Part shown: piece after piece, positions 19,792 through 28,429 of the stretch
Layout of the letters: the number at the start of each line of letters is the position of its first letter
How positions within the stretch are numbered: position 1 is the stretch's first letter
Origin: Synechococcales cyanobacterium VAR_4_metabat_354
GTDB lineage: Bacteria; Cyanobacteriota; Cyanobacteriia; Cyanobacteriales; Chamaesiphonaceae
Direction: 5' to 3'
Assembly: GCA_031414775.1 (NCBI GenBank)
Contig: JANOQI010000057.1
Location: 37,709-101,708 of the forward strand
DNA length: 64,000 nucleotides
Translations under genes and position numbers: made by a program
Notes under the pieces: model-generated
Told to the model about the DNA's origin: nothing
What the model saw: the letters and a program-made list of their open reading frames with translations, nothing else
The model's database searches: none

Positions 19792-21396
19792 TTATTTGAC
19801 CTCACGCGCGGTAGGTGTAACGCCAAAGTTCATACGAGCTATTCCACCTGGTGCTAGTTTTACTAATCGCGATCGACTGTTTCGTTCGCTAAAATATAAG
19901 TTGGGAGCAGGGCTGTATCCGGGTAGGCTGCTGAGGTCTAGTGCGCCAGTCCGATAACCAGCGACGACTGATTGCACGGAGAACAGGCCATTGGGATCGG
20001 TAGTGATTCGGTTGCCATCATCCATGAAGATGACGGCGTTAGGAATACCGGGTTCGTTGCCCTGTTGTTGGCCATCGAAGTTTTTATCGACGAAGACACG
20101 GCCAATGAGGGTGCCGGTATCACGAATCAAACCTGGGCGAATACTCAATGTATGAGTAGCCGGACCATCAATTAGAACAGTAATATTGCTATTATTATTG
20201 GCACTACTAACGTTATTGTAAGTACCGCTCAAGGTGGCAAGATTAAGACCAGTACCACGAATGGCATCTGTGCCTAAAGTGACGGCGTAGACCAAATCAA
20301 CAACCTTTCCAGCAGGAATGACAAATTTAGGTGCGCCGACACTACTACACAAACCATTAGCTATAGTTATCGGTACGAGCAGAGCTGTTACAGGAGTAGT
20401 CCCGATCTGGAAGCAAGCAATATTGCCTTCTTGCTTCAGAGTAACTGGCTCAGTCCTCAGACCAAAAGGAGTTGTACTACCAGGAAGAATCCTGTCATCG
20501 TACCATTGAGCCTTAATCGAATTCGGACGTATCGACATCCCGAGAGGTAAAGTATCTGTAACTATTGGGTTTAAAATATCATCAGGAGAATTATTCTTGA
20601 GGGCAATGCGATAAACTACGGTATCACCTACTTCAGCAGTAGCTCGATCGGCACTTTTAGTAATCTTGGCAGGTTGGCTGTCACATACTCCAATCCCAAC
20701 CAAAGCGACTCTCGCCGCATCACTGACATCCACCACAACATTTTGGGTAACTCCCTCAGTAGTACTAAGCGGTTTGCCATCGAGAGAAGTAGCTCTGTAA
20801 CTCAAGATACCGCCATTAAAGCCAGTAATATCTATCCGGACGCGACGTTCACCATAAGTGGAACCAGCTGGTGTTTTAACGATGAGAATATAGCTCTTGC
20901 CGATCGCAATTTGGCTCCGATTAAAAAGGAAGTTGTATCGACCTTCACCATCGGGATCGAGCGGGTATGGATTAATGTTGTCAAGGTTCGGTGGAATACG
21001 ATCTTGCTGAGGAGAGCCGGCAGTGGAAGTAAGCTGTAATAAAGTAGTGGGGTCTAGATTGTTAGGTGCTACATTGTACAATCCAACAGAGAAGTCTTTA
21101 TAACTAGATAAGCGTTCACCCTGACAGCCTGTGATAATACCCAGTGGATCGATTAATCCAGAAGGATCAGCGATAACTTTATTGCTAACACCCTCGATTA
21201 GGGTGTTTGGATTACCTGGATCGACGTATTGGTAATCAGCTTCGTTGATAATTTTTGGTGGTGGTGGCGGATCTACTATGGGTGGGTTATTTTGAGCGAT
21301 CGAAGGCTGAGTAGAAACCAAAGTGGCCAGAACCAGCCCCGTGACACAATTTTTAAATAAATGAGATTTTGGCCGAAAGGGCTGGAATCTGGACAC
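19792..21396 (-). CDS. DUF11 domain + SdrD-B-like secreted protein
   Basis: GTG at 21396 with AGGA RBS; signal peptide; ITKSADRATAEVGDTVVYRI..DTLP (DUF11); GRVFVDKNFDG.QQ.NEPGIP. Confidence 0.85.
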   Translation of the reverse strand: MSRFQPFRPKSHLFKNCVTGLVLATLVSTQPSIAQNNPPIVDPPPPPKIINEADYQYVDPGNPNTLIEGVSNKVIADPSGLIDPLGIITGCQGERLSSYKDFSVGLYNVAPNNLDPTTLLQLTSTAGSPQQDRIPPNLDNINPYPLDPDGEGRYNFLFNRSQIAIGKSYILIVKTPAGSTYGERRVRIDITGFNGGILSYRATSLDGKPLSTTEGVTQNVVVDVSDAARVALVGIGVCDSQPAKITKSADRATAEVGDTVVYRIALKNNSPDDILNPIVTDTLPLGMSIRPNSIKAQWYDDRILPGSTTPFGLRTEPVTLKQEGNIACFQIGTTPVTALLVPITIANGLCSSVGAPKFVIPAGKVVDLVYAVTLGTDAIRGTGLNLATLSGTYNNVSSANNNSNITVLIDGPATHTLSIRPGLIRDTGTLIGRVFVDKNFDGQQQGNEPGIPNAVIFMDDGNRITTDPNGLFSVQSVVAGYRTGALDLSSLPGYSPAPNLYFSERNSRSRLVKLAPGGIARMNFGVTPTAREVK

Positions 21397-21456
21397 GAGA
21401 TTATTCCTGTAATAATTAATCGATGGGAGCTTTCGAGGGGAACCCCCCATAAGTAA

Positions 21457-21963
21457 TTAGCGAATCCGAACTTCGTAGCTCAAATTGCTTTGAGACCGGG
21501 GTGCAACACTACTGGTAAAAGCCCAACGGACGTTGGTATAGTTGCCAGCAGCTGCTGGCTTTTTATCGAACATTGGTTGTGCGCTATAGCTTCTACCACC
21601 ATCAGTACTAAAAGTCAGTTGTGCGCCTTTAACAGGAGTAGCAGAATTCAGGACGTAGGACGTGCCGGGGCGAATTTTCTGGTTGAGAATTAGTTTGTTC
21701 ACTGGCTTGGTGCTAACGTTGTTGGCAGCAATTCGATAGACAATGACATCACCAGGCTTAGCACTAGCAACGGATACTAGCTTGAAGCCTTTTTTATCAG
21801 CAACTTTTTTGAATTGAGAAAGCTTCAGCTGAATAGATTTCTTGGCGGCTACTTGCGCTCCTACTGGCTGAGTGAATTGGCCGATAACTGGCAAATTACC
21901 GCTGACTAAAACAGTAGTGGATAGTGCCATCATGGCGATGGTGGTAGAAAGTAAACGTTTCAT
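21457..21963 (-). CDS. Small secreted single DUF11-like domain protein
   Basis: ATG at 21963 (MKRLL signal peptide, GGAG RBS); AKPGDVIVYRI, FSTDGG, YTNVRW, LSYEVRIR. Confidence 0.82.
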   Translation of the reverse strand: MKRLLSTTIAMMALSTTVLVSGNLPVIGQFTQPVGAQVAAKKSIQLKLSQFKKVADKKGFKLVSVASAKPGDVIVYRIAANNVSTKPVNKLILNQKIRPGTSYVLNSATPVKGAQLTFSTDGGRSYSAQPMFDKKPAAAGNYTNVRWAFTSSVAPRSQSNLSYEVRIR

Positions 21964-22017
21964 ACGTGGGATTACTCCGGTATAGATGTAAAAGGTCGGG
22001 CACAGCCCATGCAAACT

Positions 22018-22026
22018 AGTATTCCC
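22018..22026 (-). promoter_or_regulatory. GGGAATACT SigJ/SigF-type promoter motif
   Basis: Exact GGGAATACT on the minus strand, about 55 nt upstream of the ATG at 21963. Confidence 0.55.
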
Positions 22027-22148
22027 AGAGAGGATGCTAGACTTGCTATGGCTTAACGGGCAAGAATAAAAATATATTGGGGCTATGAGTAATAGCCGTT
22101 TTATTTATGTACTTAATTAATTATTTACTGGTCTAGATCTAGAAGGCA

Positions 22149-22176
22149 GGAGATAGAAACCGTGGCTTCTATCTCC
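22149..22176 (-). terminator. Stem-loop directly after the 822-aa DUF11 gene
   Basis: GGAGATAGAA-N8-TTCTATCTCC perfect 10-bp inverted repeat; no clear U-tract. Confidence 0.6.
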
Positions 22177-22185
22177 CGTAAGTAT

Positions 22186-24654
22186 CTAGTTCAATTTACG
22201 TTTGAAGCTAAATGTACCAGTGCTACCAGGAGCAACTACAGTTGTGACAGTATCAACATATTTAGTGATGTCAGTAGCAGCAGTTGTACCAGATTGGTCA
22301 ACCGAAGTAGTACCACCAGCTGGGTCTTTAAACAAACCAATGGTGGAGGTAGTGTCTGGATCAACCGCTGAACCTACGACGTTACTAGTATCTAGCGCGC
22401 CGTTACTATCAGTATCTTTAGCCCAAGTATTAGTACCAGTAGTACCATTCTCAGTAATTACTAAATTGGCAGCCTTCATGACAGAGCTACCAGTACCAAC
22501 TAACTTATCCGAAATATTTTCGTAAGTAATGCGATACTCAATGATATTGCCGGAAGCTGGCTTCTTATCGGCAGTGCTGAAGTTAACGTCAGCTGGTAAA
22601 ACTGCTGGGCCGGTGCCTTGCAAAATACGAGTTTCTTTGGTCAGTTTGACGAAACCGGTGTAAACACGATCGATCGTTTTGTTAGTAGCTGTTGGTGCTG
22701 CCAGTGCAATATCCCCACCAGTAGGAGCAGTTACAGTACCACCAGTAAAGGCATTAATTACAACAGGGAAACTTTCTAGTGGCTTGGTGGTAGCATCTTG
22801 AGCCAGGTCAACGCTGACTTGGTATGCAGCAAGCGCATCAGGTGCCACAGCATTTAAGGTAACTGGGTTAGTAGCGCTAATGGGGCCATTGGCATTACTA
22901 CCAACACCAGAAAGTGGCTTGAAAGTAAAACCAGTAGCAGTGGCTACATAAGTAGCTTCTTGACCATTAGCAGAAATTTTAACTTCAGTGCCTACTGGTA
23001 ATGGATCACCAGCTAATAATTCTGGCAACAGAGAAATGTTAGCAGCAGCACCACCAGTATTTCTGACAGTATTGTTGAAGCCAGCAGCAGCTGGATCAAA
23101 AGTAGCCGTTGGTGCAGTACCAGCAGGTACGGTGGTGGACTTATTCGTAAAGTCATCGTTAGTGTTAGTTGGACCAATTGCTTCTGGTACACCTACTGGA
23201 CCATTCAACAGGGAATTTGTTGCTGCAGCAGTGAACGTATATTTGTATTCGTTGATTTCACCAGCAAGGCTACCAACAGCACTGTTGTCGTTAGCAGTAT
23301 CAACCACAAACGCCGGATCAGCTACACCAGTGGTAATAGCACTGGAGCTAGGAGCAGCAGGCGTAATGGGAGTAGCCGAATCGAAGTTGTTAGGAGTTTG
23401 GTCACCAGATTCGTCATAAACAATCGCAGTTGGTGAACCACCAGCAGTAGTACCAAAAGCTTGTGCCATACTATCGATCGTGTAGGTAGTAGCAGTAGGC
23501 GCAACACCACTAGTGACAACCTTGAAGTTGAAACCAGTAACTTCGGCACCAGGCGCTACAACAGCAGCATTAGTATCGGTGATAAAGCCTACGCGCTTGT
23601 AAACTGCTGCTGGATCAAAGGTTGTTACCCAGGCAGTAGTCGGATCGTTAGCAAATGTGCTGGTTGAAGTAGTTGTGTAAACTGCTGTCCAGCCAATTGG
23701 TGCAGTCGCTGCTGCGGCTAACTTAGTACCATCAGGAATTGCACTAGAAACCAAGATCCGGTTAACGGTGCTAGGGCCAGAGCCAGTGTCTACTGTCAGA
23801 GCTGAACCGGCTAAAGCACTAGGAGTAATACCAGAGTTAGTAATATCTGTGCTCGCAACTTTCAAACCAAGGCCGTAGCTGATTACATCATCAGATAAGT
23901 TGGCTGGAGTAGCATTATCACTAACGCCAGTACGAGTTTCAGTGACAGTGGCCAAGGCAATATTCTTGACTACGGTACCAATATTAACTGATTGAGTCGC
24001 ACTACTTTCGCGTTGACCGTTGGCTGGAGCACCACCAGTAGTATTAACGTTATTGGGGTTACCATCAGCTACCAGGGGCTGGTTTGGTTGGTCACTAGGA
24101 GTGTTACCTAATTGAACGGCAATAGTAGAGCCAGTACCATTATTAACAGTCACTTCTGCGCGGACTTGGACAACACCACCGGCAGCAACGTTCGGTACAT
24201 CTACACCAGCTGCTGGTACAGGCTTCCAGATATTATCAGCAGGGTCTAGGTACTCCAATTTGTTAAAAGTACCAGGACCGGTCACAGTGGGCTGACCAGG
24301 AATGCGTATAGTAGTGGAAGTGTTACCAACGTTGGTAACAGTGTAGTCAAACTCTAGCTTGTCGCCAACAGTAACAGCACCACCAGGGTTAGTTTTATTA
24401 ACGATACCGCTACCGGAAACATCAATACCGGCAACATCAGCAACAATCACCTTAACTTCGTTAGAAGTAGCGTTGATGGGAGTACCGGGGTTACCTGGAT
24501 CATCATAGCTAGCAGTAGCCGTGTTGGAAATAGCAGTACCGGCAGCTGTCTCAGCCAACACTGGTGCCACTAACTGTAAAAGACCACCACTCACCAAAAG
24601 AGTAACCAGAAGAGGGCGAGAGTATTTCATCATATTAATATTGTTTACTTTCAT
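22186..24654 (-). CDS. Large secreted Thr/Ala/Gly-rich DUF11-repeat protein, candidate major fibre subunit
   Basis: Signal peptide, TAAGTAISNTATASY N-terminal motif, GDKLEFDYTVTNVGN and GNIIEYRITYEN DUF11-like repeats; T-ending codons such as GCT/ACT/GGT are conspicuous. Confidence 0.85.
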   Translation of the reverse strand: MKVNNINMMKYSRPLLVTLLVSGGLLQLVAPVLAETAAGTAISNTATASYDDPGNPGTPINATSNEVKVIVADVAGIDVSGSGIVNKTNPGGAVTVGDKLEFDYTVTNVGNTSTTIRIPGQPTVTGPGTFNKLEYLDPADNIWKPVPAAGVDVPNVAAGGVVQVRAEVTVNNGTGSTIAVQLGNTPSDQPNQPLVADGNPNNVNTTGGAPANGQRESSATQSVNIGTVVKNIALATVTETRTGVSDNATPANLSDDVISYGLGLKVASTDITNSGITPSALAGSALTVDTGSGPSTVNRILVSSAIPDGTKLAAAATAPIGWTAVYTTTSTSTFANDPTTAWVTTFDPAAVYKRVGFITDTNAAVVAPGAEVTGFNFKVVTSGVAPTATTYTIDSMAQAFGTTAGGSPTAIVYDESGDQTPNNFDSATPITPAAPSSSAITTGVADPAFVVDTANDNSAVGSLAGEINEYKYTFTAAATNSLLNGPVGVPEAIGPTNTNDDFTNKSTTVPAGTAPTATFDPAAAGFNNTVRNTGGAAANISLLPELLAGDPLPVGTEVKISANGQEATYVATATGFTFKPLSGVGSNANGPISATNPVTLNAVAPDALAAYQVSVDLAQDATTKPLESFPVVINAFTGGTVTAPTGGDIALAAPTATNKTIDRVYTGFVKLTKETRILQGTGPAVLPADVNFSTADKKPASGNIIEYRITYENISDKLVGTGSSVMKAANLVITENGTTGTNTWAKDTDSNGALDTSNVVGSAVDPDTTSTIGLFKDPAGGTTSVDQSGTTAATDITKYVDTVTTVVAPGSTGTFSFKRKLN

Positions 24655-25016
24655 CGGGAGAAGAACTCGGGGTTTAAACTAGGCTTGTTTAACTAATCGG
24701 CATCGCACAGACTAGCTTCAAATTCATGATTCACCCAAACTCAGTCAAAATTACTACACCTCTCACCTTTTTTCTAAAGTTCAGTGGAAATAGCAAAAAC
24801 AACATTAGATAGTTTTGAAAAACCAGCTATAAATACGGAGCAGGCAATAAGAATACTGTAATTTAATCTTGTCTTCAGGGGCTTTCAGGCCGTTACTAAG
24901 TACCTTTACTGAATCAAGTAAATCCGGACGAAAATATATTTATCTTAGTGATATTAAGACTTGACAATCTAAATAAATATGATAATCCGGTCTTTTATTG
25001 CTATCTCTAAAAACCC

Positions 25017-25052
25017 AAAAAAAGGGGCACGTCCCTGCGGAAACGCACCCTT
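25017..25052 (-). terminator. Rho-independent terminator of the Rpn-like gene
   Basis: Minus strand AAGGGTGCGTTTC-CGCA-GGGACGTGCCCCTT (hairpin with G-U pairs) followed by a T-run. Confidence 0.7.
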
Positions 25053-25077
25053 AGCAAAATTCATGAATCTATTTGAA

Positions 25078-25983
25078 CTATATTTCCTGAGACTGGATGG
25101 CTTGGACTCGATCGTTAGCGAAGCGTTCCACCTCGGAAATTGATAGCTCTGTAATTGAGGCAACATCTTCTACAGACATACCCTTTTTCAACATTTTCAG
25201 TGCAATCTCTTTTTGAGTTTCCTGCTGGCCGCGCTTAAAACCAATTTTTTCAACACTGGTAACGTAAGTCATCTTTTTATCCTCTTCGTAAGCTTTAAAG
25301 TCATTCCAAAAACTGTTACTCAATCCTTCAGGCAAAACCAGAATCCAGTCAATGAACTTAAACAAATCTACTACCTGGCTTCTATTGTAGCCCCTTTCAT
25401 AGAGTCCCCTCACCAGCTGAAACTTCCAATTCTTCCGCTCCTGATCCTTACTTTTCATCTCCTGCGCCTTTAGGTGAGCCATCACCACAACCGCAAACGG
25501 GTTGGCATTAGACTCCAATTCTTCCCATTGCTCTTGGTAATCTAGCAACTTCACTGCGGTGAAATTAAATTCCAACGAAGAGCCTGGAGCAGTTAATAAA
25601 TGCTCTTTCGGTCGCCAGGTAGAATTAGAATCACACAAGATAGCTAAACTGCTGGGTAATTGATTGAACCTATCATAGATACGCATCGCATAGGTCAGCA
25701 TCCTCTCTTCAAAGTTTTTCTCTTTGCTAGCTTGGATTTCCAAGTGCAAAAGTAGCATCAAAGACTTACCCCGCCTGAGCTTCACCTCCACCAACTGGTC
25801 GGCGTATCTCTTACCCACTTCAGCATTGGGCGAGAGCTGCTGAAACTCCTTGTCTAAAAAGACTGGCGGCGATTGCCAATCAATTAATTGTGCAATCATG
25901 GGAAAGAAGAATTCGATGGCTTCTGGAAAATATGCACGCAGCATCGACTTCCAAGGGGAATCTGCATCATTAAATTTAGCCAC
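25078..25983 (-). CDS. Rpn/YhgA-like (transposase_31-type) PD-(D/E)XK protein
   Basis: DSPWK, FLDKEFQQL, YADQLV, HLEIQ, NPFAVVVMAHL, C-terminal IALKML..HTH. Confidence 0.85.
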   Translation of the reverse strand: MAKFNDADSPWKSMLRAYFPEAIEFFFPMIAQLIDWQSPPVFLDKEFQQLSPNAEVGKRYADQLVEVKLRRGKSLMLLLHLEIQASKEKNFEERMLTYAMRIYDRFNQLPSSLAILCDSNSTWRPKEHLLTAPGSSLEFNFTAVKLLDYQEQWEELESNANPFAVVVMAHLKAQEMKSKDQERKNWKFQLVRGLYERGYNRSQVVDLFKFIDWILVLPEGLSNSFWNDFKAYEEDKKMTYVTSVEKIGFKRGQQETQKEIALKMLKKGMSVEDVASITELSISEVERFANDRVQAIQSQEI

Positions 25984-26113
25984 GATACTTCACTAAAAAA
26001 CAAGCGCCCTGATTCTATCCCGTAATTGGTCGGTTGTTGAATTTCCCTTTAGCCACAAACCATTAGTCGATTGACAGCTCTGCAATTAGCTTGAAAGATT
26101 ATATAATAGGAAA

Positions 26114-26515
26114 ATGACCCATACTTTTAATCGCGATCGATATAAAGATTTATTATCTGAATATCAGCCCAAACTAGTTAAAACAGAAGCCGAGAACGAT
26201 CAAGCATTAGCCATGATAGAACGGTTGATGCATCTATCTCATCGTACTCCCGAACAGCAAGAACTTTATGAATTACTAATTGTTTTGGTTGAGAAATTTG
26301 AGCAAGAATTTTATCGTCCAACACTGGGAAACAACTCAAAATCGATGCTGTCGTTCTTGCTGGAACAGAGAGATATGCAACCATCTGAACTAGTAGATAT
26401 TTTGGGGTCGAGAGAAGTGGTTGAAGATATCTTGACTGGTAAAACTCAGATTGATCGATCGGATGCTGAGTTACTGGGTCAGTTATTTCACGTCGATCCA
26501 ATGTTATTTCTTTGA
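26114..26515 (+). CDS. higA: HigA-like antitoxin / HTH regulator (no cognate toxin gene)
   Basis: YQPKLVKTEAEND.AL, LLIVLVEKFEQEFY, C-terminal HTH ending LFHVDPMLFL. Confidence 0.8.
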   Translation: MTHTFNRDRYKDLLSEYQPKLVKTEAENDQALAMIERLMHLSHRTPEQQELYELLIVLVEKFEQEFYRPTLGNNSKSMLSFLLEQRDMQPSELVDILGSREVVEDILTGKTQIDRSDAELLGQLFHVDPMLFL

Positions 26516-26569
26516 TGTGGCCATATAGCCACTAAAGTCACACTTCCCCAGACCCCCTCAGATATCTCA

Positions 26570-27406
26570 ATGTCAGCAACCCCTTCTCGCACCACCCCCA
26601 ACACCAAAATCCTGATTGCGATCGCGATCGGCTACCTGGCCTTAATTATTTTGCTGCCAGCCATTAACGTCTTAATCCAAGCCTTCGCTGGTGGCCTGCC
26701 CAGCTTACTTAGCTCCTACGCTAACCCCGAATTCTTCCAGGCTCTAATCTTGACGCTATCGATCGCCCTCCTCGTTCTGCCCATCAACATCATCTTTGGA
26801 CTCTGCGCCGCCTGGGTGATCGCCCGTCATCAATTCCCTGGTCGCACTCTCCTAATTAGCGTGCTAGATCTACCTTTTTCCATCTCCCCGGTCGTCGTCG
26901 GCCTCATGATGATCTTGCTCTATGGCAACAAAGGTTGGTTGGGGGGATTTTTGCAATCGATCGGACTCAAAGTAATTTTCGCTTGGCCAGGGATGGTGTT
27001 AGCGACGGCCTTTGTCACCCTGCCCTTTATTGCCAAAGAAGTAATTCCCGTCCTAGAAGAAATCGGCACCGACCAAGAAGAAGCCGCCCGTACTCTAGGA
27101 GCTAGCGAATGGCAGATCTTCTGGCGGGTTACTTTGCCCAATTTGCGCTGGAGCTTACTATACGGCGTAATTCTGACCAATGCCCGCGCCATGGGCGAGT
27201 TTGGGGCAGTGTCGGTGGTTTCTGGCAATATCGCTCGCAAGACCCAAACCTTATCTTTATATGTGGAAGATGCTTACAAACAATATCAAACCCAAGCGGC
27301 TTTTGCCGCTGCTCTACTGCTAGCCGCTCTGGGATTAGTTACGCTGTTAATTCAAGAATGGATTAATTATCGCAATAGCAAGCTGCAAGGCTCCGATTCG
27401 GAGTAG
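26570..27406 (+). CDS. cysW: Sulfate ABC transporter permease CysW
   Basis: DLPFSISPVV, EEAARTLGA, LTNARAMGEFGAVSVVSGNI. Confidence 0.93.
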   Translation: MSATPSRTTPNTKILIAIAIGYLALIILLPAINVLIQAFAGGLPSLLSSYANPEFFQALILTLSIALLVLPINIIFGLCAAWVIARHQFPGRTLLISVLDLPFSISPVVVGLMMILLYGNKGWLGGFLQSIGLKVIFAWPGMVLATAFVTLPFIAKEVIPVLEEIGTDQEEAARTLGASEWQIFWRVTLPNLRWSLLYGVILTNARAMGEFGAVSVVSGNIARKTQTLSLYVEDAYKQYQTQAAFAAALLLAALGLVTLLIQEWINYRNSKLQGSDSE

Positions 27407-27407
27407 A

Positions 27408-28325
27408 TTATGGTAACTCTACCGAAGTGGGTTTGGCAATATGCGGTAGCCCCCAACCAAGTTTCTCTCGGAGGATGCGGAAAAATTCCGGTGGTTGCAA
27501 ACGAATGAAATTGGCAGTGTAGATCGATCGAACAATATGTACGTAGTAATCCGGCAAAATAAAGCAGCCACCATTACCATCTACAACCATCACCAATCGG
27601 TTTGGATTAGCTGGGTAGATCGTAACTGGCTCTGTATCGGGGAAAACTAGTGCCCGTGAAGCTAGAGAATGAGGACAAATCGGTACCAATTGCAGAGCCT
27701 CTACCCCCGGAGCAATTACTGGTCCCCCAGCACTCAAAGAATAGGCCGTCGAACCGGTTGGAGTGGAAAGAATAATACCATCAGCGGCGATATCCACCGG
27801 GGCATGTCGCCCCACCTCAATCTCGAAGTGGCACATACTGGTAAGTGGTTCGCGATGGATCACCATCTCATTTAGGCACAGCGCTTCCCATAGCAGAGTG
27901 TCTTTATGACGCACCTGCACCGTGAGCATGGCACGTTCTTCAACTTGATAATCCCCAGCGATCGCTTGCTCTAAAGCGTCTGGTAATTGGTTGACAAAAG
28001 TCTCGGTCAAGAAACCCATATGGCCAGTATTAACGGCCAACAACGGAATCCCCAAAGGAGCTAACTGACGGACTGCCGCCAGGACAGTGCCATCGCCGCC
28101 CAGCACCAAGGCAAACTTCATGGTGGAATCAAAACCAGGAGCGGCCAGGGATTCGATCGGAGTATAGCTAGCGGTAGCCGAGGGGTGAGCATACCCCAAA
28201 ATGCCCCGTTTACCCATCGCTAGACAGACTTCCCAGCCTAGACCAGTTAATTTATCCTGCAACTCGGTGGCAATGTTGCAGGCTAAGGGCTTGCCTTCAT
28301 TATAAATAATGCCTATTTTGGGCAC
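27408..28325 (-). CDS. nadK: NAD(+) kinase
   Basis: [30 protein letters not shown]. Confidence 0.95.
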   Translation of the reverse strand: MPKIGIIYNEGKPLACNIATELQDKLTGLGWEVCLAMGKRGILGYAHPSATASYTPIESLAAPGFDSTMKFALVLGGDGTVLAAVRQLAPLGIPLLAVNTGHMGFLTETFVNQLPDALEQAIAGDYQVEERAMLTVQVRHKDTLLWEALCLNEMVIHREPLTSMCHFEIEVGRHAPVDIAADGIILSTPTGSTAYSLSAGGPVIAPGVEALQLVPICPHSLASRALVFPDTEPVTIYPANPNRLVMVVDGNGGCFILPDYYVHIVRSIYTANFIRLQPPEFFRILREKLGWGLPHIAKPTSVELP

Positions 28326-28429
28326 GTGAGCACTGGGGCTGAATGTTTATGTTTCTGGAACAAGCAACGATGCTTCAGAGTGGAGCTATTCTATCACGAT
28401 CCAGCGGCGGGGATCGTTGACCACTATGG

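Noticed and set aside
22202..23667. Antisense ORFs inside the 822-aa gene, and similar shadow ORFs elsewhere in the track
   Set aside because: They are explained by codon bias of the real gene on the opposite strand and have no protein motifs.
24655..25077. c-di-GMP riboswitch or other ncRNA upstream of the DUF11 cluster
   Set aside because: No riboswitch consensus recognised; the only strong hairpin is explained as the terminator of the Rpn-like gene. An Infernal/Rfam scan would settle it.
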